DNA from: a virus
Taxonomy: Duplodnaviria > Caudoviricetes
Reading direction: 5' to 3' (one strand)
IMG/VR virus record: IMGVR_UViG_3300032282_004527
Span: 1 to 62,835 of that record
Length of the DNA: 62,835 nucleotides
Each line of letters starts with the position of its first letter. The first letter of the stretch is position 1. The translations under genes and the position numbers were made by a program. The notes under the pieces were generated by a model, which was not told the origin of the DNA, did no database searches, and was given only the letters and a program-made list of their open reading frames with translations. Positions 35,994 to 45,443 of the stretch are shown in pieces.

Positions 35994-36363
35994 GGTTCAA
36001 TGGGAAGAGAGCTTCAAGAAGCAGTTCAACCGCATCATTGAAAGTTGTGGTGTGACAAAGTCTCAGATAGCTCATGCGTCCAAGATCGACCCGTCTTATG
36101 CGACTATGTTTTCGGCTAAGGGTCGCCTTCCTACCAGGAAGGTGATGCACGCTCTTGGTTATGGGCTTGAGCTTCTCAAGGTACCACAAAAAGAAATCTA
36201 CGCTCTTTGGCTTTCAGCAGGACTTCTCCCAAAGAAAGTGAATGAGCAGTTTATTGACGATTTGTCCAGAGCTATGTCTCTGGAGGAAGGAGAAGAGTAC
36301 GAACTCAATATTGACGACGTAGAAGAAGACAGCGTCCCATTCTCAGTATACGACGAAGACTAA
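35965..36363 (+). CDS. HTH (XRE-like) protein
   Basis: GVTKSQIAHASKIDPSYATM...GRLP. Confidence 0.6.
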   Translation: MATWIQPSDKVQWEESFKKQFNRIIESCGVTKSQIAHASKIDPSYATMFSAKGRLPTRKVMHALGYGLELLKVPQKEIYALWLSAGLLPKKVNEQFIDDLSRAMSLEEGEEYELNIDDVEEDSVPFSVYDED

Positions 36364-36390
36364 CACTACACAGAAAGAAAGACAGACAAC

Positions 36391-37230
36391 ATGTTTGATA
36401 AAGACGCATTCCAAAGACAAATCCTCAACGTAAAGTACAGCGATAAATACAAGAAGGCTTTTGGGGGCGGGAGTGGCTTTGTGTTTTCTTTCCTCTCCAC
36501 GAGCAAGCTCGACGACGGTCAGTACACCGCTCGCATCATTCCTTCTCACCCAGAGAGATGCCCTGAGGGTTGGCTAAAGGTTGCTACCCACTCGGTCCTT
36601 ATGAACATCGGAGACGAGAAGGGTACTCGAGTAGAGTGCATTAAGGAAGAAGACCAGCCGTGCGCAGTGTGTGAGATCCTTGAGTCTATCTCAGACGACA
36701 TCCACACTCTTCCTCAGCATATTCAGGAAGTCTTCAATAAGATGGTGGCTATCCGTAAGCTGGTGCTGCCCGCTACAATCTTTGCGGAGCCTCTCCGTCC
36801 CAACGATATCGCCACCACTTGGCGTAAGTCGACCAAGGAGAACGGGGTCATGCTCGAGATCCGGGCTGCTGGGACGCAGGCCGACCTGTTCAATCTGATG
36901 ATCGCCGACCCTATGCTCACCCACCCCGAGAAGGGGCGTTATTTCCTCTTTACGAAGCGCCACAACACTACCAAGGCCATCCTTCCCGCAGACAGTTCTC
37001 CTGGCCCACTTAAGAACCCAGACCTTCTCAAGTCCTATCCGAACATGGTTGGGGCGTACTTCAAGAACGTTAAGCGTCTTAACTACGCCGACCAGCAGCA
37101 GTTCCTCGAAACGGCGTTCTGGTTCAAGGACCCCAAGGTTCAGGCCCTTGTGCAGGCTAACTTCTACGATAACCCTGGTAGTTCCGAAGAAGAGTCTTAC
37201 GATATGCCTTTTGACTTGGCGTTCGACTGA
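36391..37230 (+). CDS. gp32-like single-stranded DNA-binding protein
   Basis: G.Y..RIIP, H...C...C.VC Zn ligands, acidic/aromatic C-terminal tail. Confidence 0.7.
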   Translation: MFDKDAFQRQILNVKYSDKYKKAFGGGSGFVFSFLSTSKLDDGQYTARIIPSHPERCPEGWLKVATHSVLMNIGDEKGTRVECIKEEDQPCAVCEILESISDDIHTLPQHIQEVFNKMVAIRKLVLPATIFAEPLRPNDIATTWRKSTKENGVMLEIRAAGTQADLFNLMIADPMLTHPEKGRYFLFTKRHNTTKAILPADSSPGPLKNPDLLKSYPNMVGAYFKNVKRLNYADQQQFLETAFWFKDPKVQALVQANFYDNPGSSEEESYDMPFDLAFD

Positions 37231-37511
37231 TGAGTAAAGAGGACGAGTACTTCGTCGGTATAATGGCGAAAAGAAGCTCTACCCGTAAGAACAGAGTCGT
37301 CTGGGTCGGTGAGATAGCAAACAACCAAAAAGACGTAGACGCTCGGACGGAGTACTTCGTCCTCTTGTACTCGATATTGAAAAACATGAAAAAGTTTTCG
37401 TCCCCTCCTTCGGGGAAAATGCTCTACCTAATCAAGGAAAAAGACAACGACTGGTACCTTGGATTTAAAGAGACAACTTTTTATAAGTCGTTCGGTGAGC
37501 TTTGTGATTAG
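37230..37511 (+). CDS. Hypothetical protein
   Basis: TGATG coupling; 93 aa. Confidence 0.55.
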   Translation: MSKEDEYFVGIMAKRSSTRKNRVVWVGEIANNQKDVDARTEYFVLLYSILKNMKKFSSPPSGKMLYLIKEKDNDWYLGFKETTFYKSFGELCD

Positions 37512-37522
37512 TAAGGATTTGT

Positions 37523-38566
37523 ATGGCAAAGAAAAAATCAATGAAAGACGCTTCTCCAGAAGAGATAATAGACTCTTGTTTGGAGGAGAACCCCGTTATC
37601 CCAGGACCTATTCCGTGCTGGATTCCTACGGGATGCTCACAACTAGACTGGGCAATAGGTGGGGATGGGTGGCCCTGTGGCCGTATGATAGAAGTCCATG
37701 GGATGGAAAGCAGCGGCAAAACAATGCTTGCGATGCTAGCCTGTCGGAACACCCTAAAGATGGGTGGGACAGCCATCTATCTAGATATGGAAGCCGCGTT
37801 CAACGACGAGTGGGCCGCAAAAATTGGGTTGCCTACCGAAGGTCTTATTCTTAGAACTCCTAAGGACCTCGAGGAAGTCCACGACATCATCGAAGCCATC
37901 GTAGACAACCACCAGAAGTTCAATTCACCTATCATTATCGTATGGGACTCCCTCGCAGCCAGCGCTTCTCGAGCGAGTGTTCGCAAGAAGTCTGCCAAAG
38001 AGACCGACCCTATCGGGGCAGAAGCTCGTCTGAACGGATCTTTCTTCCGTAGGAAGGTCTTGAAGGACATGAGGAATCTTCCAATCTGCTTGATGATTAT
38101 TAATCAAGTTCGTCAAAAGATTGGCGGAAACCCTTACGATAACGAGACCACCCCTGGGGGGTTGGCAGTCAAGTTCTATGCTTCTTTGCGGGTGTCTGTA
38201 AAGAAGAAGCGGACGATGAAGCCGAAGCGGGAGGGTGCTCTCCCTGCAGGGGCTTTTGTTCGAGCCAAGATGGTGAAGAACAAGGTGGCTCGCCCGTACA
38301 TGATTGCCGACTTCCCTATCTATTTCAATCGTGGGATAGATGACATCTATGCGGTGATGTACTTCTGCGAATTGAATAAGATACTATCATCAACCTCCAA
38401 CGGAAGATTCTACTGGAACGATAAGACCTATACTCGAGCGGATCTTTGGAGGCTCTTCAAGGAAAGTGACTCGGAGTTCCAGAAACTTCGGTCAATTGCC
38501 AAGAAGGCTTTCTACTCTGAAACGCCGCTCGGCGAGGAGTCCTACGATACTTCAGACGACGACTAA
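37523..38566 (+). CDS. recA: RecA/UvsX recombinase
   Basis: GRMIEVHGMESSGKT, IVWDSLA, INQVR, TPGGLAVKFYAS and KNKVARP. Confidence 0.95.
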   Translation: MAKKKSMKDASPEEIIDSCLEENPVIPGPIPCWIPTGCSQLDWAIGGDGWPCGRMIEVHGMESSGKTMLAMLACRNTLKMGGTAIYLDMEAAFNDEWAAKIGLPTEGLILRTPKDLEEVHDIIEAIVDNHQKFNSPIIIVWDSLAASASRASVRKKSAKETDPIGAEARLNGSFFRRKVLKDMRNLPICLMIINQVRQKIGGNPYDNETTPGGLAVKFYASLRVSVKKKRTMKPKREGALPAGAFVRAKMVKNKVARPYMIADFPIYFNRGIDDIYAVMYFCELNKILSSTSNGRFYWNDKTYTRADLWRLFKESDSEFQKLRSIAKKAFYSETPLGEESYDTSDDD

Positions 38567-38577
38567 GGACTAAAGAG

Positions 38578-40026
38578 ATGACAGAAGAGCAACAGGAGCG
38601 TATCTTGGCGTGGCTGGTACAGTCAGCCACACGGGAGTTGCTGTTCCCCTTCCTGTCGGATTCTTTCTTCGAGTCCCCTAGGCAAAAGGCCGTCTACACA
38701 CTCATCCAGTCTATCTGGAAAAAGCGTAAGTCTATCCCTACTAAGCGTGAGATGCGCTCTCTTATGAAGAAGGCGTGCGCTAAGGAGACTGAGCTTGTCC
38801 GGATGGATTGGGTAGACCGTGTGGACGGCCTTTACACTCTCGACGTAACTGGTGCGACTCTGGAGGAGCTTGCCGAGAAGATCTCTAGGCACGAGATTCT
38901 CAAGGTGGCCTCCGAGTCCGCTAGCGACAAGCCTATTCGAGATTTGCTTAGTGATACTAGAAAAAAGATCGACAGCCTGAACAGCCTTCTCCAGGTAAGC
39001 GTAAAGGAAGAGGAGACCGTCACCATGCTTTCTGCAGGCTACTTAAAAGGAAGAGAGGACAAGATGACGTCTGCAGTAGACAATGGGATTAATCTAGGTT
39101 TTGAGCGTATCGACAAGGCTACTGGTGGGATGCTTCGTGGGGAGTTAGTCGTCGTCATGGCTCCTTCAAATACGGGTAAGACAATGTTCCTTGTGAACGT
39201 GGCTGCTAACTTACTAGAACAGGGGTATAAGATACTCTTCATAAATTGCGATACAGTTCGAGAGATTGTAGAGCGTCGCCTATATGCTCGAGTCACGGGC
39301 ATAAGCATGAACGAGGAGTGTGACATCCAAGACATTCATAACGGGGTGCTTAGTTGGGCAGAGAAGCACAACGTCTCGGAGAGCAGCTTCCTGTATCGAG
39401 ACATCGTTCCTAACACAACTACCGTGTCCACCATCCGAGGAATGCTCCACCAGATCGACGAGAAGTACGGTTCTCGAGACGTAGTCATCATCGACTACGG
39501 AGACCTCATCCTGCCCGATACCAAGAGCAACGAGAAGCGCCATGTCCTGGCAGACGCTTTCGAAGGTCTTCGTGGGCTTGGAAGAGATATGGACAAGCTC
39601 GTAGTGACCGCGACCCAGTCGAACCGAAGCGGACTGGACAAGCACAAGGACGAAGTCATCACGATGAAGAACGCCTCTGAGGCCTACGCTAAGTTCTTCC
39701 CGTGCTCGCTAGGACTAGCCATCAACCAGACTCAGGCGGAGAGGACGTTCACCCCCCCAGTGTGTCGGCTCAGTGTCTTGAAAAACACTAAAGGTGAGCG
39801 AGACTTCGTAGTGCCGTTCGTTATGGATTACGAAAGAGCCACCATGAGGTACGACACCGAAGGGATCGTTCAAAAGGTTCTAATGTCGGATACTTCGGAC
39901 GGAGACGGAAAGTACCAGAAAAAGACACCTAAAGATCAGTCTGCAGTCAAGATAGGGAACAACAAATACAGCCCTAAAAAGTACGAAAACAAATCTGTAG
40001 TAGAGAGCTATCCGGAGCCAGAATGA
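38578..40026 (+). CDS. dnaB: DnaB-like replicative helicase
   Basis: GELVVVMAPSNTGKT, VIIDYGDL and TATQSNR. Confidence 0.9.
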   Translation: MTEEQQERILAWLVQSATRELLFPFLSDSFFESPRQKAVYTLIQSIWKKRKSIPTKREMRSLMKKACAKETELVRMDWVDRVDGLYTLDVTGATLEELAEKISRHEILKVASESASDKPIRDLLSDTRKKIDSLNSLLQVSVKEEETVTMLSAGYLKGREDKMTSAVDNGINLGFERIDKATGGMLRGELVVVMAPSNTGKTMFLVNVAANLLEQGYKILFINCDTVREIVERRLYARVTGISMNEECDIQDIHNGVLSWAEKHNVSESSFLYRDIVPNTTTVSTIRGMLHQIDEKYGSRDVVIIDYGDLILPDTKSNEKRHVLADAFEGLRGLGRDMDKLVVTATQSNRSGLDKHKDEVITMKNASEAYAKFFPCSLGLAINQTQAERTFTPPVCRLSVLKNTKGERDFVVPFVMDYERATMRYDTEGIVQKVLMSDTSDGDGKYQKKTPKDQSAVKIGNNKYSPKKYENKSVVESYPEPE

Positions 40027-40163
40027 CACCTTTTGTAGATCTGCCAAAGTGCGAGCTGTGTGAGACTGAAAAAAATACTGTTTGTGTTTCTGAAGAGTAT
40101 AAGCTTTTCTTGTGTCAAAGATGTCGAGAAAAAATGTCTATCTACTGGGGGGAGGAAAGATGA
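40023..40163 (+). CDS. Small Zn-finger protein (46 aa, not in the ORF track)
   Basis: KCELC...LCQRC; ATGA overlaps at both ends. Confidence 0.6.
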   Translation: MTPFVDLPKCELCETEKNTVCVSEEYKLFLCQRCREKMSIYWGEER

Positions 40164-40426
40164 AGCCGTTAGTGCATTACGAGGACCGCCCGGGCGGTCG
40201 GATAGCCCGCGTATCTAAGTACAAGCACACCCAGTCCGGAAAAAAAGTGTGCTTCACCCTTCCGGAGTTCCCGCAAACTTTGCACAGAGTGTCTGTCTAT
40301 CTGTGCGGGGAGAAGCTAGCCCCTGGAGTAGACTATCACTTTTACGAAGGGAGGGTTTTTCTGCATCAATATGTCCCAAGCAGGGATCACGTGTATGTCG
40401 TGATAACAGAAGAGCAGCATGAATAA
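40160..40426 (+). CDS. Small protein resembling the fibre C-terminal domain
   Basis: GGAGG RBS; FTL...VYLCGEKLAPGVDY. Confidence 0.55.
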   Translation: MKPLVHYEDRPGGRIARVSKYKHTQSGKKVCFTLPEFPQTLHRVSVYLCGEKLAPGVDYHFYEGRVFLHQYVPSRDHVYVVITEEQHE

Positions 40427-40811
40427 AAAAAGAGATACGAGCAATAGCGCAAAGGAGTTAGGGAGGGACGTACTATCAGTTCTTAAAGACCTCCTTACTC
40501 AGGAAGACTTAGAAAAGTTAAAGCAAGGTCTTCGGAATAGGATCGCCCACTTTAAAAATATACGCAACCTATCTCCTGGAGATGCTAAGACCGCAAAAGC
40601 TAGGAGGGCCGCAGAAGAATACGGCAAGACTAAAGACCTCATAAATATATCCAATAAATATCACATATCCGTAAAAACAATACTAGAAGAATGGGATAAA
40701 ATGAATGTCAAATGTATGGCAAGGGATAACCCCTCCCCCAATCCCCCCGAATCCGCAGATGCAGATTGTGATGGGCCAGATACAGGGGCACATTGCTCAG
40801 GCAGTAACTGA
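40419..40811 (+). CDS. Hypothetical protein, possible HTH
   Basis: LINISNKYHISVKTI resembles an HTH. Confidence 0.5.
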   Translation: MNKKRDTSNSAKELGRDVLSVLKDLLTQEDLEKLKQGLRNRIAHFKNIRNLSPGDAKTAKARRAAEEYGKTKDLINISNKYHISVKTILEEWDKMNVKCMARDNPSPNPPESADADCDGPDTGAHCSGSN

Positions 40812-41070
40812 GCGATTGACCCCCCTAGCACAAACTTTGGGGGAAATGCTGACTAGGATAAAGGCGCTAGAAGACGCTCACGCGGCCTTGGTAGAGGATG
40901 TTAAGACCTCACGAGAGTCGGTGTCCGACCTTCGTCTGTTTGATCCCGAAGAGCGAAGAATTCTTATCCTTAACTCGGCCGGGTTCTACGACAAGAAAGA
41001 CATAAAGAACATGTGGGAAAAGTACAAGTCTTCGAAAGTAGAGGTCTCTGAAAATGTCGGGGAGGGGTAG
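40705..41070 (+). CDS. Hypothetical coiled-coil protein
   Basis: 121 aa; fills the operon but overlaps the previous ORF. Confidence 0.5.
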   Translation: MSNVWQGITPPPIPPNPQMQIVMGQIQGHIAQAVTERLTPLAQTLGEMLTRIKALEDAHAALVEDVKTSRESVSDLRLFDPEERRILILNSAGFYDKKDIKNMWEKYKSSKVEVSENVGEG

Positions 41071-41203
41071 TGAGTGCAAGATCTGTGGAGAAGAGTTTGG
41101 TGTAGGGATTCACTTTGGTACTGCTTTTATTTGTCGTCTTTGCGAGGAGTGGTTCTGGAGTTTTATCCGAGCAGCTAAGCAGACGATGAAGAAGAAGAAA
41201 TGA
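41054..41203 (+). CDS. Small Zn-finger protein resembling the CsfB/Gin anti-sigma factor (49 aa, not in the ORF track)
   Basis: ECKICGEEFGVGIHFGTAFICRLCEE; GAGGT RBS; ATGA overlap with primase. Confidence 0.55.
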   Translation: MSGRGSECKICGEEFGVGIHFGTAFICRLCEEWFWSFIRAAKQTMKKKK

Positions 41204-41919
41204 GCGAACTTTTAGTAGTATGCCCTGCCTGCTTAAAAAAGAAGCTGTACATAAACGCTTCTAAAAAAGTTGGGTGGTGTCACTACTGCTCAAGAGCCTT
41301 GGGGCCATCAGAGGTGCTGCCTTTTATAAAAGGCACAAACACCTCTGGCCCCCGGGTCTTGTCAAAGATACCTCCCTTAGATGATGCATGGGAATCAAGA
41401 GATGCTAGAACATTTTTACAATCACGAAAAGTCAGTCGTGTGGAGTGTCCCGTCATCGGGTACGACCCAGAAGGACGGCGTCTGTACTTCCGGATATGGA
41501 GCCCCTCCCCCGAGTTACCCACCACGTACCACACTCGGTCAATCGACCCAGACGGTTCGTGGAGAGTCCAGGGAGGAAGTACTAAAGGGGCTTACTTCTT
41601 CGGTACGGCCCCCAAGAAAAGAGTCTGCATCGTAGAGGGTATCTGGGACGCCATCCGTATCGGCTCCGGTGCCTTAGCACTTCTCGGATCTTCTATGAGC
41701 ACAACCCAAGAGACGTACCTTAAAAACGCCTACGACAAAGTTCTTGTGTACATGGACCCTGACGAAGCGGGGAAGAAAGCGCAGAAGGAGATTCTTCAAA
41801 GGCTATGGAAGATCGGGGTCAAGTGCTCCGAGATGTCTGGTTCTGATAAGGAACCCGCCGACTGTGAGCCAGACCACCCCGCACTAATACTTACTAGACA
41901 TTTCCTAGAGGAGGGATGA
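41200..41919 (+). CDS. DNA primase (Zn finger plus TOPRIM)
   Basis: CPAC...CHYC, IVEGIWDA, ALLGS and MDPDEAG. Confidence 0.88.
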   Translation: MSELLVVCPACLKKKLYINASKKVGWCHYCSRALGPSEVLPFIKGTNTSGPRVLSKIPPLDDAWESRDARTFLQSRKVSRVECPVIGYDPEGRRLYFRIWSPSPELPTTYHTRSIDPDGSWRVQGGSTKGAYFFGTAPKKRVCIVEGIWDAIRIGSGALALLGSSMSTTQETYLKNAYDKVLVYMDPDEAGKKAQKEILQRLWKIGVKCSEMSGSDKEPADCEPDHPALILTRHFLEEG

Positions 41920-41920
41920 C

Positions 41921-42121
41921 GTGGAACAGACTAAAGAGCTTCTGTTGTTGGTACAGGAGATGAACGACTGCTACGACAACGTAGCGTGGCACAGTGACAC
42001 CGCTAGCCTGCGGGTGGCTTATCCTTACCACATCAAGATGAAGGAACTGCTGGCCCAGGCGGAGGGCTTGCTGAAGGAGGGACTCGATGTCCAAGGGCGA
42101 CGCACTGCTAAAGTTGGCTGA
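41921..42121 (+). CDS. Hypothetical protein
   Basis: GAGG RBS; GTG start. Confidence 0.55.
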   Translation: MEQTKELLLLVQEMNDCYDNVAWHSDTASLRVAYPYHIKMKELLAQAEGLLKEGLDVQGRRTAKVG

Positions 42122-42311
42122 CGACTACGTAGTCATTCAGTCTCCATACCATGAGAAGTTTATCGCGGAACTCAAGGAGGGCATCCCCCCAGAGGACCGT
42201 ATGTGGGTTCCCGAGGAAAAGGTGTGGGAGGTGTCTGGGGACCTCTACGAAGAGGTTATGGATATTACGTCTAGGCACTTCAACGTGAAGGTAGAGATCG
42301 TGAATGCGTAA
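42087..42311 (+). CDS. Stand-alone HARP-like domain protein
   Basis: SPYHEKFIAELKEGIP...RMWVPEEKVWEV; AAGGAGG RBS. Confidence 0.55.
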   Translation: MSKGDALLKLADDYVVIQSPYHEKFIAELKEGIPPEDRMWVPEEKVWEVSGDLYEEVMDITSRHFNVKVEIVNA

Positions 42312-42320
42312 GGGGAGAGG

Positions 42321-43370
42321 ATGAAGATCCTGGTAGCCGCTGACCTACATGTGTCAGACAGGATGGTGATGGGGAGACCTAGACTTCCTGTCTACGAGGA
42401 GATGCTTAAAAACATCTACCAAGTTGCCAAAGACAACAATTGCGCTGCTATGGTTTTTGCTGGGGATGTGATCGACAACAAGAACCGCCCCAGCCTAGAC
42501 GTGCTTGTGGCCATTGACTACTTCATCTCAGAAAGTTACGGGGTTCCTCTCTACTGGCTTAGAGGGAACCACGAGACCCCAGACAAGGCCGACCCTACTA
42601 AATCCATCATCAACCTTTACGATGGCCGAGGTAGGTGTCGGGTGGTGAGAGACGCGGAACACAAATCCTACCACCACCAGTGCACAGAAGAAGACAGACA
42701 GTTCTACTTCCTCCCCTGGTACCCGGCAGAGCAGTTCAAAGAAGAGGCTAAGGCCTTAGCCCTAAGGGCAGACAGATACAAGCAGAAGACAGGGAAGAAG
42801 CCCATCCTGTTCGCCCACATAGGACTGAAGGAAGGCTCGACCAGCCCCAGCAACTTCCATCCCCCCTCTGCGGTGGGGGTGGCTGACCTGTTCCCCGAGA
42901 AGTGGGCGATGGTTGTCTGTGGAGACTATCACGCCCATCAGTTTGTAGCAAAGAACGTCTTCTACACAGGCGCCCCTATCCCGCATAACTTTGGGGATTT
43001 CAACATCAAAGGGGTGTGGGTGATAGACACCGAGGCTCTGACGGTTCGGGCAGTACCTATCCCGTCCCCCAAGTTCGTACAGTGGGACGCTACGGTTCAA
43101 GAAAAAATCCCCTGGGACCAGCAGGACTATGTTCGCATCTACGCTAACCCTAAAGACATAGACATCATACGAGCCACCTACCCAGAAGCAGACGTTAGGG
43201 CCAAAGTTCCAGAGGAGCAGATTACGCTCCCGACGGACAGCCGAATCTCACTAGATGCGTCTGCTTCGCACGAAGTGCTGTTGAGTAGGTACCTAGAGTA
43301 TAAGGGTATTGAGGAGGACGAAGCAGAATGCTTAAAAGCCGTGGGCCTGGAGATACTAGGGAGTCTTTAA
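42321..43370 (+). CDS. sbcD: SbcD/Mre11 (T4 gp47-like) nuclease
   Basis: ADLH, AGDVID, RGNHE, AHI and GDYH metallophosphoesterase motifs. Confidence 0.9.
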   Translation: MKILVAADLHVSDRMVMGRPRLPVYEEMLKNIYQVAKDNNCAAMVFAGDVIDNKNRPSLDVLVAIDYFISESYGVPLYWLRGNHETPDKADPTKSIINLYDGRGRCRVVRDAEHKSYHHQCTEEDRQFYFLPWYPAEQFKEEAKALALRADRYKQKTGKKPILFAHIGLKEGSTSPSNFHPPSAVGVADLFPEKWAMVVCGDYHAHQFVAKNVFYTGAPIPHNFGDFNIKGVWVIDTEALTVRAVPIPSPKFVQWDATVQEKIPWDQQDYVRIYANPKDIDIIRATYPEADVRAKVPEEQITLPTDSRISLDASASHEVLLSRYLEYKGIEEDEAECLKAVGLEILGSL

Positions 43371-43867
43371 TGCTACTTGCTGACAGGTACGAGAACCCTA
43401 ACTACGAACTGTCTGCTCAAGAGCACAGCACCTCCATGGACTGGGGGTGGCTGCGTGAGAAGGAGAAGACCCAGAGCTACGAGTTCTACACCTACCTGAC
43501 GGTGGAGATTGCGCTGGAGCGTTGGGCATTCCTTATCAACCAGATAAAGATTACGTACTACACGAACTTCATGCTTGGTGGGCCCAAAGAAGACAGCGGC
43601 GACGGCAACCTCTCGTGGTTGCGCTCCGTGCTCGACGAGGCGCAAGCGATGCTCGACGAGATGAAGTGGCTGTGGGATTTTGTTGACAACTATAAGTACC
43701 CACATCCGATGGTGTTCGACGAGCAGAAAGCACCCGAGTGGCGCAAGCAGAGAGGTGCCGATTTCTTCTATCGAGCGCTGAAGAAGAACAACGCGCTGAA
43801 CTATGTCTGCCTGATGCGCGATATGATCGTGCTGTTGGAAGCCGACAGAGAGGATCCTTTTATCTGA
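43370..43867 (+). CDS. Hypothetical protein
   Basis: TAATG coupling at 43370. Confidence 0.6.
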   Translation: MLLADRYENPNYELSAQEHSTSMDWGWLREKEKTQSYEFYTYLTVEIALERWAFLINQIKITYYTNFMLGGPKEDSGDGNLSWLRSVLDEAQAMLDEMKWLWDFVDNYKYPHPMVFDEQKAPEWRKQRGADFFYRALKKNNALNYVCLMRDMIVLLEADREDPFI

Positions 43868-44484
43868 TGCTTGCCCCTCCCCCTCTGGTCCTCTCCTACG
43901 ATTATGATGTGCACGACGACAGGCAGTTCCTTCGTCTTCGTCTGCTGCAAGACCACGAGGGGGTCTACATGTGCTGTGAAGGGAACGAGAGATTCGTGGA
44001 GGCTATTGTGGACCGCGTGTACACAAAGAAGTTCCTCGACCTTCGGCTGCACCGTCCGGAGTGGGTACACGAGGAATCCGCTACAATCGACAGGTTCAGC
44101 GGTAGTGGTTACGACGCGGAGACTCAGAGTAATTACACGAAGTTCTTCGCTAACGCATGGTACTCCAGCAAGGAGACCTCGGACATCGCCCTTGGGGAAG
44201 TTACCATCAAGCACAGCACCAACGCCTACATCGTTATCCACATCGAAGGGGAATGCAAAAGAACGGTTGACGAGTTGTCTCGTCGCATACAGGTCCCCCG
44301 CCCTACAGACTTCCCTTTCAAGATGGTGCGGTGCCAAAAGCACGACGAGGAGTTCGGTCCCCAGGTCCGCACCGGAGGTCACATCACAAAAGAGAAGAGT
44401 CTGTGGTGGTCCGCCGCGTGGTACACGACGGAGGGCATACGTCAGGTTTACGGTAGAGGCAAGGATAAGCTAAAGAGATGGTAG
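43867..44484 (+). CDS. Hypothetical protein
   Basis: TGATG coupling at 43867. Confidence 0.6.
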   Translation: MLAPPPLVLSYDYDVHDDRQFLRLRLLQDHEGVYMCCEGNERFVEAIVDRVYTKKFLDLRLHRPEWVHEESATIDRFSGSGYDAETQSNYTKFFANAWYSSKETSDIALGEVTIKHSTNAYIVIHIEGECKRTVDELSRRIQVPRPTDFPFKMVRCQKHDEEFGPQVRTGGHITKEKSLWWSAAWYTTEGIRQVYGRGKDKLKRW

Positions 44485-44500
44485 TCTGGAGTTCTAACTG

Positions 44501-44899
44501 ATGAATACCTCAAGTAACTCCTCGGAGTATTACCCGTGGTACAAGTATGCCCCCAAGACGAAGCAACTCCACCGACTTGACAAAGGACTCCCCGCCCAGA
44601 AAGTCATCTTCTTCTATCGAGGTAAGAAGTACTTCGCTTTCTATGTAGTACACGAGCACCGGTACACAGTGTACGGACTGAACTTTCCGTTCGAGATGCT
44701 GGTGGCTAGGCTGCCCGGTTGGGACGAGGACGACGTGCACAAGGATGCCCTGGAACTCATCGAGCACGAACTCAAGATGTGGCTAGCCGGGGTTTGCTTC
44801 GAACACGAGTGGCGTCCTGTGAAAGGAAAGAAGAAAGGACAGACGTGTTGTTCACTAGCCATAACAAACAGAAGAAGAAACAGACGGAAGAAGATCTAG
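44501..44899 (+). CDS. Hypothetical protein
   Basis: GGAG RBS; 132 aa. Confidence 0.6.
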   Translation: MNTSSNSSEYYPWYKYAPKTKQLHRLDKGLPAQKVIFFYRGKKYFAFYVVHEHRYTVYGLNFPFEMLVARLPGWDEDDVHKDALELIEHELKMWLAGVCFEHEWRPVKGKKKGQTCCSLAITNRRRNRRKKI

Positions 44900-44913
44900 A
44901 TGTCTCGGGTACG

Positions 44914-45147
44914 ATGGAGGATCGACTGATCCCACACGTGAAGAGCGTCGCTGAGCGTACTGAGTGCCTACGTCAGGTGGTCGAGGCAGACATGCGGGAC
45001 CATGAGCAGCGATGCGTCGCGGAAGACAGGGTGCGACCGTGTGGGGATGTCTGCCGATGCGCGATGCTTGCTAAGGTGATGATGTCGGTCACCATCGCCA
45101 GCGCCGAGATGAATAGCATGCTGCAGGTGGTGGAGGGACGGCGATGA
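44914..45147 (+). CDS. Hypothetical protein
   Basis: ATG 44914 within the ORF-track frame; start uncertain. Confidence 0.4.
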   Translation: MEDRLIPHVKSVAERTECLRQVVEADMRDHEQRCVAEDRVRPCGDVCRCAMLAKVMMSVTIASAEMNSMLQVVEGRR

Positions 45148-45200
45148 GAGATAGTTCCGTAAATTTTTAAAAAATCTAAAAAGTAAAAAGGAGAGATAAC

Positions 45201-45440
45201 ATGACCCAAGACATCGACGACGAGTACATTGCCCGTAACTGGGAAGGTATTGAATACGACCACAAGAAAGTTAGGTTTGCTTTGGACCGAGCGTTCCTGA
45301 AGTACCCAGAGTCCGAGCGGTACGAAAGAATGGTTCTTACCGTACAGGAGATGCTTGACAGGGCTAAGAAGTACGGGACAAGACATGCGATAAATTTTCA
45401 GAGATGCTGCCTAAATGCTCTTCTAGCTGACGGGAGGTAG
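45201..45440 (+). CDS. Hypothetical protein
   Basis: AAGGAG RBS; 79 aa. Confidence 0.65.
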   Translation: MTQDIDDEYIARNWEGIEYDHKKVRFALDRAFLKYPESERYERMVLTVQEMLDRAKKYGTRHAINFQRCCLNALLADGR

Positions 45441-45443
45441 GCT

